Shown: in pieces, positions 9,846-19,947 of the stretch
Layout of the letters: each line of letters opens with the position of its first letter
Numbering within the stretch: the stretch's first letter is position 1
NCBI GenBank assembly: GCA_021154985.1
Contig: JAJNQE010000025.1
Span: forward strand, 19,026 to 83,025
Length of the DNA: 64,000 nucleotides
DNA from: Hydrogenophaga sp.
GTDB taxonomy: Bacteria; Pseudomonadota; Gammaproteobacteria; Burkholderiales; Burkholderiaceae_C
Direction: 5' to 3'
The notes under the pieces: generated by a model
What the model was told of the DNA's origin: nothing
Database searches by the model: none
Seen by the model: the letters and a program-made list of their open reading frames with translations, nothing else
Program-made: the position numbers and the translations under genes

Positions 9846-10667
9846 ATGCCTTCAAGAAAGAACTGGCTACAGGCCGCAGGCATTGCTTGGCCACGACTTA
9901 CCGCCGCCGCCAAGGCTCGCCGGACACTGACATACGAGGAACTAGCCCCATACATCGCAACCAACCCGCTTTCCGTTGGCTATGCCTTGTCGCCCATCCA
10001 AAGTTACTGCATGGGCCAACTCCCAGTTCTACCGCCCCTGACGGCGCTTGTCGTTGGCAAGAACAACAAACTTCCCGGCGCCGGCTTTGTGGCCTGGCCG
10101 TTGGATGATCTTGAAGGAGGACTGAGATTGGTCTTCGATACAGACTGGGATTCCATACCCAACCCATTCCTGAAGTTCACATCGAATGAAGACGAAGATG
10201 CATTCGTTGAAACACTCCTTAAAAGCCCAGACCAAGCTTTTAACGTGTATGTCAGAGTGGCCAGTCGAGGCATAGCGCAAGACATCTTTCGCAGGGCCGT
10301 CCGAAAGGCATATGGAAATCAATGCGCTATGTGTGGTCTCACCATTCAAGCCGCACTCGAAGCTGCCCACATTGTTCCTTGGCACATCGCAGCTCCAGAG
10401 CAGCGCATCGATCCGCGAAACGGCATCCTCCTCTGTGCGATTCACCATCGTCTATTCGACCGTGGTGAAGTGACCGTCAGCGAAAGTTTCCGGGTTGTTT
10501 TCCCGGGCCCGAAAAAGCGCATAGATGTCGTGACAGTTGTGGACCGTCACGCTACAACTCGACTTTCAGGAAAGGCTGCCTTTCTTCCGAACAGAACCAC
10601 TCTCTACCCGTCGGTAGAAGCACTCAAACATCACCATCGCACTCACAAATGGGGCGCGGTTCCCTAA
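9846..10667 (+). CDS. HNH endonuclease (HNH_2-type, putative restriction/defence nuclease)
   Basis: FRRAVRKAYGNQCAMCG, LEAAHIVPW, NGILLCAIHHRLFDRG; visibly lower GC than flanks. Confidence 0.88.
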   Translation: MPSRKNWLQAAGIAWPRLTAAAKARRTLTYEELAPYIATNPLSVGYALSPIQSYCMGQLPVLPPLTALVVGKNNKLPGAGFVAWPLDDLEGGLRLVFDTDWDSIPNPFLKFTSNEDEDAFVETLLKSPDQAFNVYVRVASRGIAQDIFRRAVRKAYGNQCAMCGLTIQAALEAAHIVPWHIAAPEQRIDPRNGILLCAIHHRLFDRGEVTVSESFRVVFPGPKKRIDVVTVVDRHATTRLSGKAAFLPNRTTLYPSVEALKHHHRTHKWGAVP

Positions 10668-10740
10668 CATGAATGATGTGCTGGCATCAGCAGTCGATGA
10701 TGAGTGGTGAAGATCTCTCATAGGTGTATCCCTCCAACTA

Positions 10741-10774
10741 AAAGGCCCTGGGAGCTCACACCTCCAGGGCCTTT
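10741..10774 (-). terminator. intrinsic terminator-like hairpin downstream of the aldehyde dehydrogenase
   Basis: AAAGGCCCTGG...CCAGGGCCTTT inverted repeat between convergent genes. Confidence 0.65.
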
Positions 10775-10802
10775 GCCCTCTCGCAGTCAACCAATCACCC
10801 CA

Positions 10803-12257
10803 TCAAAACGGATAGTGCCGCGGCGTCGTCTGCACCGTGATCCAGCGCAGTTCGGTGAACTCCGCAATACCGGCCTTGCCGCCGAATCGGCCAATGCCCG
10901 AACCTTTCACGCCGCCGAACGGCATTTGGGCTTCGTCGTGCACGGTGGGGCCGTTGACGTGGCAGATGCCGCTGTCGATCTTGCGGGCCACGTTGAAGGC
11001 ACGGGCGATGTCGGTGCCGAAGACCGCTGCGCTCAGGCCGTATTCGTTGTCGTTGGCGCAGGCAATGGCTTCTTCCACGCCGTTCACGCGAACCACACAT
11101 TTCACCGGACCGAACGTTTCTTCGTGGTAGATGCGCATGGCGGGTGTCACAAAGTCGAGCACCGTGGCGGGCATGAGCGTGGTGTCGGCCTTGCCACCAC
11201 AGGCGAGCTTGGCGCCTTTGGCCAGCGCGTCGTCGATCAGCGCATTGCAGTGCTCCACCGTGCCCATGCCGATGACCGAGCCCAGCACCACCGGCTCGGG
11301 TTTGCGTGGGTCGCCCAGTGGCAGGGCCTTGGCTTTGTCGGCGAACTTCTTCACGAAGGCGTCCGCAATCTTGTTGTCCACGATGATGCGTTCGGTGCTC
11401 ATGCAGATCTGGCCGCTGTTGGCAAAGGCGCCGAAGGCCGCGCCGTTCACCGCGTCGTCCAGGTTGGCGTCGTCCAGCACCACCAGCGGCGCCTTGCCCC
11501 CGAGCTCCAGCACCACGGGCTTGAGGTATTTCGCGCAGGTGGCCGCAATGATCTTGCCGACCTTGGTGGAGCCGGTGAAATTCACACGGCGCACCGCCGG
11601 GTGGGCCACCATGGCTTCAACCACGGCGCCCGCGTCGGCCGGTGCGTTGGTGATGTAGTTCACCACGCCGGGGGGAAAGCCCGCGTCCTGGAACGCTTCG
11701 ATGATCAGCTGGTGGGTGCGCGGGCAGTTCTCGCTGCCTTTCAGGATGACGGTGTTGCCACACGCCAGCGGCACGCAGATGGCGCGCACGGCCAGGATGA
11801 TGGGCGCGTTCCACGGCGCGATGCCGAGCACCACACCGGCGGGTTGGCGGATGCCCATGGCCAGCGAGCCGGGCACATCCGACGGGATCACTTCGCCAGC
11901 CACCTGGGTGGTGAGCGCAGCGGCCTCGCGGATCATGCCGGCGGCCAGCATCACGTTGAAGCCGCCCCACATGCCGGTGGCACCGGTCTCGGCCGACACG
12001 GCTTCGATGAATGCGGGTGTCTTGGCTTCCAGCGCGTCGGCGGCTTTGAGCAGCAAGGCGCGGCGCATGCTGGGGCCGCTTTCGCTCCAGGTCTTGAAGG
12101 CTTCGGCGGCGGCTTCCACCGCCATCACGGCGTCGGCCGGCGAGGCGGCGGGCGCGCGCGTGGCGACGCTGCCGTCGAGCGGGTTGCGGCGTTCGAAGGT
12201 GGCGCCTTTTTCGGCGGTGACCTTCAGGCCGTTGATGAGCATGGACATGTCGGACAT
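10803..12257 (-). CDS. aromatic aldehyde dehydrogenase (vanillin/salicylaldehyde dehydrogenase-like)
   Basis: IAPWNAP, FTGSTKVG, LELGGKAP, GQICMSTER, GPTVHDEAQMPFGGVK, C-terminal RHYPF. Confidence 0.88.
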   Translation of the reverse strand: MSDMSMLINGLKVTAEKGATFERRNPLDGSVATRAPAASPADAVMAVEAAAEAFKTWSESGPSMRRALLLKAADALEAKTPAFIEAVSAETGATGMWGGFNVMLAAGMIREAAALTTQVAGEVIPSDVPGSLAMGIRQPAGVVLGIAPWNAPIILAVRAICVPLACGNTVILKGSENCPRTHQLIIEAFQDAGFPPGVVNYITNAPADAGAVVEAMVAHPAVRRVNFTGSTKVGKIIAATCAKYLKPVVLELGGKAPLVVLDDANLDDAVNGAAFGAFANSGQICMSTERIIVDNKIADAFVKKFADKAKALPLGDPRKPEPVVLGSVIGMGTVEHCNALIDDALAKGAKLACGGKADTTLMPATVLDFVTPAMRIYHEETFGPVKCVVRVNGVEEAIACANDNEYGLSAAVFGTDIARAFNVARKIDSGICHVNGPTVHDEAQMPFGGVKGSGIGRFGGKAGIAEFTELRWITVQTTPRHYPF

Positions 12258-12288
12258 GGGGTTCTCCTGTTGAATCGGTTTCACATTC

Positions 12289-12338
12289 CCGTTCGCCCTG
12301 AGCCTGTCGAAGGGCTTCGACAGGCTCAGGGCGAACGG
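12289..12338. repeat. REP-like 24-bp perfect inverted repeat
   Basis: CCGTTCGCCCTGAGCCTGTCGAAG-GG-CTTCGACAGGCTCAGGGCGAACGG. Confidence 0.85.
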
Positions 12339-12342
12339 AGCA

Positions 12343-13154
<812 letters not shown>

Positions 13155-13158
<4 letters not shown>

Positions 13159-13949
13159 GCGGTGGCCTCCTCGGTTTCATTCATCTCGTCCCCGAGGTAC
13201 GCCTCGATCACCTCGGCGTTGCGCACCACCTCGCGCGGTGTGCCATCGGCAATCTTCTTGCCCTGGTGCAGCACGATCACGCGCTCCACGTGGCGCAGCA
13301 GCGTGGTCACGGCGTGCTCGATCCAGACCACGGTGAGGTCGAGCTCGTCGCGCAGGCGGCGGATCAGTCGCGCCATTTCCTCCACCTCGTTTTCTGTCAG
13401 GCCGGCAGCCACTTCGTCGAGCAGCAGCATGCGCGGGCGCGTGGCCAGCGCCATACCGATTTCCAGCAGGCGCTGCTGCGAGGGCGTGATGGCCGCAGCC
13501 GGCAGATCGGCCTGGGCGCTGAGGCCAATGAGGCCGAGGATGCTCTCAGGCGTGCGCAGCACCCAGGGCACGGTGGTCTCTTCGCCCCACCAGATGTACT
13601 TGCGTGGGCGCCGGCCCGCGAACTTGAGGCCGAAGGCGATGTTGTCGCGCACCAGCATGTCGGCAAAGGTGCGCGGGGTCTGGAAGGTGCGCGCCAGGCC
13701 GTTCGCCGCGAACCGGTGTGGGCCCTTGCCAGCCAGCTCGCGCCCCTGCACCGAGAGCGCGCCGCTGGTGGGTTTGGTGACGCCCGAGATGGCGTTGAAA
13801 AAGGTGGTCTTGCCCGCGCCGTTGGGGCCGATGATGCCGACCAGTTCGCCGGGCATGAAACGCGCGCTCACCGCGTCGACCGCAGTGAGGCCACCAAAGC
13901 GCACGGTGATGTCGCGGGCGTCGAGCAGGGGCTGGCGATCAGAAGACAT
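13155..13949 (-). CDS. HAAT/LIV-type ABC transporter ATP-binding protein (LivG-like)
   Basis: RFGGLTAV, GPNGAGKTT, LLLDEVAAGL, VIEAYLG. Confidence 0.92.
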
Positions 13950-14967
13950 CGCGGCGCTCCCTCAAGCTTTTTTCGCGTTCCTTGCGGCGCTTCGTCTCGC
14001 CACTCAGGTCATCACGCGTCTCGATCCACCACGCCTTGGCGCCGTCGCGCCAACCCCGGAAGGTCTCCGTGCGCAGCGAGGCCAGGCCACCCGGCAAATA
14101 CAGCACCGAGAGAATGAGCAGCAAACCGAGCGACATCATGTAGATCTGCGGCACCTGCAGGCGCAGCGTTTCGGCCAGCACGCTGAACACGATGGCTGCG
14201 ATGAGCGGGCCCCACAGCGTGGCGGCGCCTCCGATGAGCGCGATCAGCACGGTCTGGAAACCGATGAAGGGGTTGAACACGGTGTGCGGATCGATGTAGG
14301 TCCAGCGCACCGACATCGCCGCACCCACCGCACCGGCCACCGCAGCGGTGAGCGCAAAGCCGGCGATCTTGATCCAGCGGGTGTTCACGCCCAGGGTCTG
14401 GGCGCGCTGCTCATCGGCCCCGATGCCGAGCATGGCCAGGCCAAAACGCGTGCGCCGGATGGTGATGGACAGCGCCACCGTGATCACGGCGAGCGCCAGC
14501 ACGGTGAGGTAGATGGTGTCGCGCTCGGGCACCACCATGAGCACGCGGCCCACGGTGCCGGTGACGCTTTTCTCGAAGTAGCTGATGGCATGGCGGATCA
14601 GCTCGGTCATGCCGAAAGTGAGCACCGCAAAGTAGGTGCCGCGCAAATGCAGCACCGCGGCGCCCATGACCACGGCCACTGCTGCGGCGATCAGCGAGCC
14701 CATGGCGATGGCCTGCACCCAAGAGAGCTGCTCCAGCAGGATGGCGCTGGTGTACGCCCCGATGCCGAAGAAGGCCGAGGTGGCCAGCGACAGATAGCGC
14801 GTGGTGCCGCAGAACAGCGCCCAGCTCGACGAGAGCGCGATGTACATCAGGCAGGTGAGCGCCATGGACACGGCGAACTCGCTGGCGAAGCTGGGCAGCG
14901 CCAGTGCCCAGCCGGTGAGGCCGAAGAGGACCAGCAGGTCGCGGATGAGGAACTGTCTTGAATTCAT
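13939..14967 (-). CDS. HAAT ABC transporter permease (LivM-like)
   Basis: LRGTYFAVLTFG motif, many TM helices. Confidence 0.9.
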   Translation of the reverse strand: MNSRQFLIRDLLVLFGLTGWALALPSFASEFAVSMALTCLMYIALSSSWALFCGTTRYLSLATSAFFGIGAYTSAILLEQLSWVQAIAMGSLIAAAVAVVMGAAVLHLRGTYFAVLTFGMTELIRHAISYFEKSVTGTVGRVLMVVPERDTIYLTVLALAVITVALSITIRRTRFGLAMLGIGADEQRAQTLGVNTRWIKIAGFALTAAVAGAVGAAMSVRWTYIDPHTVFNPFIGFQTVLIALIGGAATLWGPLIAAIVFSVLAETLRLQVPQIYMMSLGLLLILSVLYLPGGLASLRTETFRGWRDGAKAWWIETRDDLSGETKRRKEREKSLRERRDVF

Positions 14968-15866
14968 GCTTTTCTGCTTTTGCGCGAGAACAGACCTTCG
15001 GGCCGCAGCAACAGCACGCTGATGAAGACCACGTAGCTCAACAGGGCCTTGAGCGAGGGGTTGGTGAAGTGCATGCCCAGGGCTTCAATGACGCCCAGCA
15101 GCAAACCGCCCGCCAGCGCCCCGCCCATGCTGCCGAAGCCGCCCAGGGTGATGACGATGAGCGCGGTGATGGTGTAGGGCTCGCCCATGGACGGGCTGAT
15201 GGTGTACGCCATGGAAATCAGGCAGCCGGCCACGCCCGAGAGGCCCAGGCCGATGCCGAACATGAGCGGGTGCAGGCGCTGGGTGTTGATGCCCATGAGC
15301 TGCGCGCCCGTGGGCGACTGCATGAGCGCGCGCACGCCCTTGCCCAGCAGCGTGGTGCGCATGAGCACGATCAGCGCACCCGAGAACAGCAGGGCCAGCG
15401 CAAACACCAGCAGCTTGTTGCCGGCGAACTGCGCCTCCCCGATGGGCAGCGGGATCTGAACCGGCTCGGTGAGGAAGTCGTAGCCACGCAAATCACCGCC
15501 CCACATCCACGAGGCGAAGTTCTGCACCAGGAACATGAGACCGAAGGCCACCATGAGACCACGCGCTTCAAAGATGTCGAGGTTGGGCGAGGTGACGGTG
15601 AGGCGGCGGAAGCACAGGCGGTGGATCACCCAGCCCAGCACGAACAGCATGGCAAACGACACCGGCACCATGAACAGCGGGTTCAGGCCGAGCGAGGTCT
15701 GCGCCATCCAGGTGAGGTAAGCCCCCACCATCAAGAACTCGCCGTGCGCAATGTTGAGGATGCGCATCAGCCCGTACTGCAGGTTCAGCCCGAGCGCGAC
15801 GAGCGCATAGATGCCTCCGGTGATGAGACCGGAGGCGAGTAGTTCGAGCCAGGCGGAGAAAGACAT
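14964..15866 (-). CDS. HAAT ABC transporter permease (LivH-like)
   Basis: GIYALVALGLNL..G..RILNIAHGE, LGGFGSMGGA. Confidence 0.92.
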   Translation of the reverse strand: MSFSAWLELLASGLITGGIYALVALGLNLQYGLMRILNIAHGEFLMVGAYLTWMAQTSLGLNPLFMVPVSFAMLFVLGWVIHRLCFRRLTVTSPNLDIFEARGLMVAFGLMFLVQNFASWMWGGDLRGYDFLTEPVQIPLPIGEAQFAGNKLLVFALALLFSGALIVLMRTTLLGKGVRALMQSPTGAQLMGINTQRLHPLMFGIGLGLSGVAGCLISMAYTISPSMGEPYTITALIVITLGGFGSMGGALAGGLLLGVIEALGMHFTNPSLKALLSYVVFISVLLLRPEGLFSRKSRKA

Positions 15867-15890
15867 GGTGGTGAGGGGAAGTTATCCAGG

Positions 15891-15970
15891 AGCGCGGCGG
15901 AACCGGCTTTGCCGGGCCGCACGCGCTGCCCCCTTGAGGGGGTGACGCGCCGCAGGCGCGGCGCGGGGGT
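15891..15970 (+). repeat. dispersed REP/MITE-like element, copy A
   Basis: 22-bp core CGGAACCGGCTTTGCCGGGCCG (15898-15919) identical to the reverse complement of 61790-61811, followed by a CCCCCTTGAGGGGG hairpin. Confidence 0.8.
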
Positions 15971-15976
15971 GGGCTC

Positions 15977-17176
15977 TCAGCGCCAAGCAGGCTTTGCCGG
16001 ATTGAGCGCAGCCGTCGCCACGCTCTTCGGCCACACCACCTCGAACTCCCCGTTCTGCCACTGGCCGACCGTGCCCGGCGTGCCCACGTTCTCGCTGCCG
16101 CTGAACTTGATGTCGCCAATGATGGTTTTGTGGGTCGTGCCGGCCACGTAATCGCGGATCGCCTTGCGGTCCAGGCCCTGGGCCTTCACCGCGTTGGTGA
16201 GGATCTCCAGGCCGGCCCAGCAGGCGCCGCTGGCCCAGCGGTCGGGTTCCTTGCCGGCGAACTTTTTGGTGTGCGCGTCGAAATAGGCCTTGGCGGCCGG
16301 GCTGGTCTTGCCGGTCCACGAACCCATGCCCAGCACGCCCTCGGCGCCGGCGGGGGTCATCACGTTGCGGTAGAGCTGGAAGGCGGTACCCACCGAGGCG
16401 TAGAAAAACTTCGGGTTGAAGCCCACTTCCTTGGCCTGGCGGCTGGCCAGGATGGTGTCGGGCGGATAGGTGAAGCCCACGAACGCATCGGGGTTCTTGT
16501 CCTTCATGGAGCGCAGCACGGGCGAGAGGTCTTTCACGCCACCGGGGTAGCTCTTGTCTTCCACCAGCGTGATGCCGCTGCCCTGCAGCGCCACCTTGAA
16601 GGCGGCAAAGTTCTCCAGGCCAAACAGGTCGTCCACGTAGATCAGCGCCACGGTCTTCACGCCGTTGGCCTTGAGCATGTCGACCAGCGCGTTGGTCATG
16701 GGCGCGGGCTGCTGCAGCAACAAGAAGAAGTACGGCAGCTTCATCTCGACCAGGCGGCGCGAGAGCGCGGTGGGGGCGAGAAACGGATACTGGAAGCGGT
16801 TGGCCAGCGGGGCCACGGCGAAGTTCGCGTTGGAGCCCCAGGGCGGCAGCACGAGGTCGACCTTGTCGCTGCCCATGAGTTTTTCGTAGGTGCGCACCAC
16901 GGTTTCGGTGTCGCTGCGGTCGTCGCTGCTGATGAGCTCGATCTGGCGCTTCACACCCTTCACATCGAGGCCACCCGCAGCGTTCTGCTGCTCGGCCCAG
17001 AGCAAATAGTTGGGCTCCTGGCTCACCTGCGCGCCGCCCGTCCAGGGGCCCGTGCGCGACATCGAATAGCCGATGCGCACCGGCGCGGACTGCGCCATGA
17101 GCTGCGGGGCGAACGACATGGCGCCCACCGCAGCGGCGGCGCTCTTGATGACCAGACGGCGATTGGCTTGAACCAT
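15977..17176 (-). CDS. HAAT ABC transporter substrate-binding protein (Tat-like signal)
   Basis: NRRLVIK twin-Arg-like signal, VRIGYSMSRTGP, DDRSD, VDLVLPPWGS; GGAGA RBS. Confidence 0.9.
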   Translation of the reverse strand: MVQANRRLVIKSAAAAVGAMSFAPQLMAQSAPVRIGYSMSRTGPWTGGAQVSQEPNYLLWAEQQNAAGGLDVKGVKRQIELISSDDRSDTETVVRTYEKLMGSDKVDLVLPPWGSNANFAVAPLANRFQYPFLAPTALSRRLVEMKLPYFFLLLQQPAPMTNALVDMLKANGVKTVALIYVDDLFGLENFAAFKVALQGSGITLVEDKSYPGGVKDLSPVLRSMKDKNPDAFVGFTYPPDTILASRQAKEVGFNPKFFYASVGTAFQLYRNVMTPAGAEGVLGMGSWTGKTSPAAKAYFDAHTKKFAGKEPDRWASGACWAGLEILTNAVKAQGLDRKAIRDYVAGTTHKTIIGDIKFSGSENVGTPGTVGQWQNGEFEVVWPKSVATAALNPAKPAWR

Positions 17177-17370
17177 GTTGTGTCTCCTGCGGGTGTGGGT
17201 TGGCTGAGAGCCGAATGGTAGGCACGGCGGCCTCCGCGCGCTGTGCTGTGGATGCACTACCTGCTTGACGGAACGTGCATGACGCCCCGGGTAAACCCTC
17301 AAAACAGGTGCCCGCAGGGGCATTCGCGGCGGCCGATAATTTCCCTTCCAGACAACCGCCGGAGACCTCC

Positions 17371-18330
17371 ATGACAGCCGCCTCCGTGATGAGCACCGAC
17401 AGCGTCGAACCGATCGAGCGCGCCGCGATCTGGCGCGATTGGGTCTGGACGCACTTCGGCGGCCTGGAGTCCGACCTGTACGGCGACACCACCTTCGATG
17501 GCCACATGAGCGCCTCCGCTGCCGGCGACGTGGTGCTCACCAAGCTCGAAGCCAACCGCCACCGGGTGCTGAAAAGCCCGCAGCTGGCGCGCGCCAACGA
17601 CCGCGCCTACCTCAAGATCGTGGCGCCCTGGCAGGGCAGCGCGGCGGTGCAACAGCAAGGGCGCGAGGCCTGGGTGAAGCCCGGTGGCTGGGCGATCTAC
17701 GACACCACCGGCAGCTATGAGATCGCCAACCCCGAGCGGGTGGAACACCTGATCGTGATGCTGCCCAAGGAACAGCTCACCGAGCGCGGCCTGAAGCTGG
17801 AGCCGCTGATGGCGCGCCACGTGGGTGGCGTGAGCGGCATCGCCCGCGTGGCGCTGGAGACCATGCGCAGCACCTACCAGGAGCTGCCGCAGATGAGCGA
17901 GACGGCCGCCCGCGGCGCGGGCGAACTCATCGTGGAGCTGGTGCGCCTGTCCTTGCAGGAACTCGCCGGGCGCGAGAGCAGCGTCACACAACTCGAAGCG
18001 TTCCGCGACCGCATCCGCGAACACATCGGTCAACACCTGCGCGACCCCTCGCTCACGCTGGACCACATCGCGCAAGCACTCAACTGCAGCAAGCGCCACC
18101 TGCACAACGCCTTCAGCAACGAAAACGACACGCCCGCCCACTACATCCAGCGCCAACGCATCCAGGCCTGCATGCGCGAGCTGCGCCAGACCGGTGGCGC
18201 GCAGCGCACCATCACCGACATTGCGTTCTCCTGGGGCTTCAACAAAACGGCGCATTTCAGCCGCGTGTTTCGCGAGCACACGGGGGTGTCGCCGAGCGAT
18301 TTCCGGGAAGCGGCCCAGCAACGGGCCTGA
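17371..18330 (+). CDS. AraC family regulator (FeaR-like)
   Basis: C-terminal ITDIAFSWGFNKTAHFSRVFRE; N-terminal sensing domain; divergent from transporter. Confidence 0.9.
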   Translation: MTAASVMSTDSVEPIERAAIWRDWVWTHFGGLESDLYGDTTFDGHMSASAAGDVVLTKLEANRHRVLKSPQLARANDRAYLKIVAPWQGSAAVQQQGREAWVKPGGWAIYDTTGSYEIANPERVEHLIVMLPKEQLTERGLKLEPLMARHVGGVSGIARVALETMRSTYQELPQMSETAARGAGELIVELVRLSLQELAGRESSVTQLEAFRDRIREHIGQHLRDPSLTLDHIAQALNCSKRHLHNAFSNENDTPAHYIQRQRIQACMRELRQTGGAQRTITDIAFSWGFNKTAHFSRVFREHTGVSPSDFREAAQQRA

Positions 18331-18334
18331 GCCG

Positions 18335-19387
18335 TCAACGCAGGCTGCAGCCCAGCGCCACCTTCATCGCCATCTGCTGCAAAGCCTGCCAGGGGTCGGC
18401 AGGCCAGCCAGGCGACTTGAGGCCTTTGACGATGCCATCCACCGTGTGCGCGTCGTCCAGCCACTTCGTGAGCGTGGCCATGTTCAAGAGCGGCAAGGCC
18501 CGCTCCATGAGCTTTTCTTTCACGCCCCACACGCGGTTCTCGCGCAGCGCCATGGGCAGCGGGCGGCCGGCGTCCAGCGCGGTGCGCACGCGGTGCAGCG
18601 TGCGGATGTCTTCCGACAACGCCCAGTGCACCAGCACCGGGGCTTCGCCCTCGGCCTGCAGACCGTCGAGCATGCGCTGCACGCGCACGCTCTGCCCACC
18701 CAGCACCGCCTCGGCGAGCTTGAAGGCGTCGTAACGCGCCACATTGAGCACCGCCGACTCCACCTGCTCCAGCGACAGCTCGCCCGCCGGGTGCAGCAGC
18801 GCGAGCTTCTGGATCTCCTGGTGCGCGGCGAGCAGGTTGCCCTCCACGCGGTCGGCAAAAAACTGCAGTGTGCGCTGGCCCTCTTCGCCCGCCACCACGC
18901 GCTGGCCCTGCTGCTGCAGGCGCTGTGCGATCCACTGCGGCAAGGCCTTGCGGTCCACCGCTTCCACGCGCACCACCGCGCCAAAACTGTCGAGCGCGGC
19001 GAACCACGCGCCCTTCTGCGTGGCCATGTCCAGCCGGGGCAGGATCACCACCGTGACCGTGCTGTCGTTGCCTTCGGCCTGCTGAGCGATCTGCTGCAGC
19101 GCCTGCGAGCCGTCCTTGCCGGGTTTGCCCGACGGGATGCGGATCTCGATGAGCTGCTTGTCGGAAAACAAACTCATGGAGCCGCCGCTGGCCAGCACCT
19201 CGCCCCAGTCGAAGTGCGCACCGGCCACGGTGTGCACGGTTCGTTCGGCACAGCCCTGCGCGCGCGCTGCAGCCCGGATCGCGTCCGCCGCCTCCTGGAT
19301 CAGCAGCGGCTCGTCACCGTGCAGCGTGTAGAGGCTTTTCAGCCCACGCTGCAGCTGGGCGGCAAGCTGGTTGGCGGCGATCTGCAT
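18335..19387 (-). CDS. holA: DNA polymerase III delta subunit
   Basis: LHGDEPLLIQE, SMSLF, VEGNLLAAHQEIQKL; leuS-lptE-holA synteny. Confidence 0.95.
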   Translation of the reverse strand: MQIAANQLAAQLQRGLKSLYTLHGDEPLLIQEAADAIRAAARAQGCAERTVHTVAGAHFDWGEVLASGGSMSLFSDKQLIEIRIPSGKPGKDGSQALQQIAQQAEGNDSTVTVVILPRLDMATQKGAWFAALDSFGAVVRVEAVDRKALPQWIAQRLQQQGQRVVAGEEGQRTLQFFADRVEGNLLAAHQEIQKLALLHPAGELSLEQVESAVLNVARYDAFKLAEAVLGGQSVRVQRMLDGLQAEGEAPVLVHWALSEDIRTLHRVRTALDAGRPLPMALRENRVWGVKEKLMERALPLLNMATLTKWLDDAHTVDGIVKGLKSPGWPADPWQALQQMAMKVALGCSLR

Positions 19388-19394
19388 GACCCGA

Positions 19395-19937
19395 TCAGAG
19401 CGTCTTGACCGCCGCCAGACGCCGCACCACCTGCTGCACGATGTCGCCTCGCATGTCGCGGTACAGCAGCTGCTCTTCGGCGTCCTTGGCCAGCACCTGG
19501 GTTTCGTTGAAGCTGATGTCGCGCTCCAGCAGCAGCTCCACGTCGTCGATCAGGATCTTGTCGGCCGGCGTGCGCAGGCGGAACACGAAGCGGGTGCGCA
19601 ACTGCAGTTCGCGCACCTGGCCCGCCGCCGTCTGCCCCACCACCACGCGCTCGCGCTGGTCGGTGAGCACGGTGAGGATGGCCTGTGCCGCCTGGGCATT
19701 GGGGCCGGTGGCGGGGGTGCTGGAGGTCAGCACCCGGATGCCGTTGGCCTGCAGCGCATCGCGCAGTTCGCGGCTCACCTGTGTGCCCTCCATGCCCTGC
19801 AGGCGCAGCGTGTCAAACGCAAAGGTGGGCGCCTTGCGCAGCGCAAAGCCGCAGCCCGAGAGACCGAGCGCGGTCACGCCCAAGGCGAGTTGCAGCCAGG
19901 CGCGGCGGTGTGGACTCGGAATGCGTTGGTTCTTCAT
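19395..19937 (-). CDS. lptE: LPS assembly lipoprotein LptE
   Basis: lipobox LSGCGFALR; position between leuS and holA. Confidence 0.92.
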   Translation of the reverse strand: MKNQRIPSPHRRAWLQLALGVTALGLSGCGFALRKAPTFAFDTLRLQGMEGTQVSRELRDALQANGIRVLTSSTPATGPNAQAAQAILTVLTDQRERVVVGQTAAGQVRELQLRTRFVFRLRTPADKILIDDVELLLERDISFNETQVLAKDAEEQLLYRDMRGDIVQQVVRRLAAVKTL

Positions 19938-19947
19938 GCAGAGGCTT

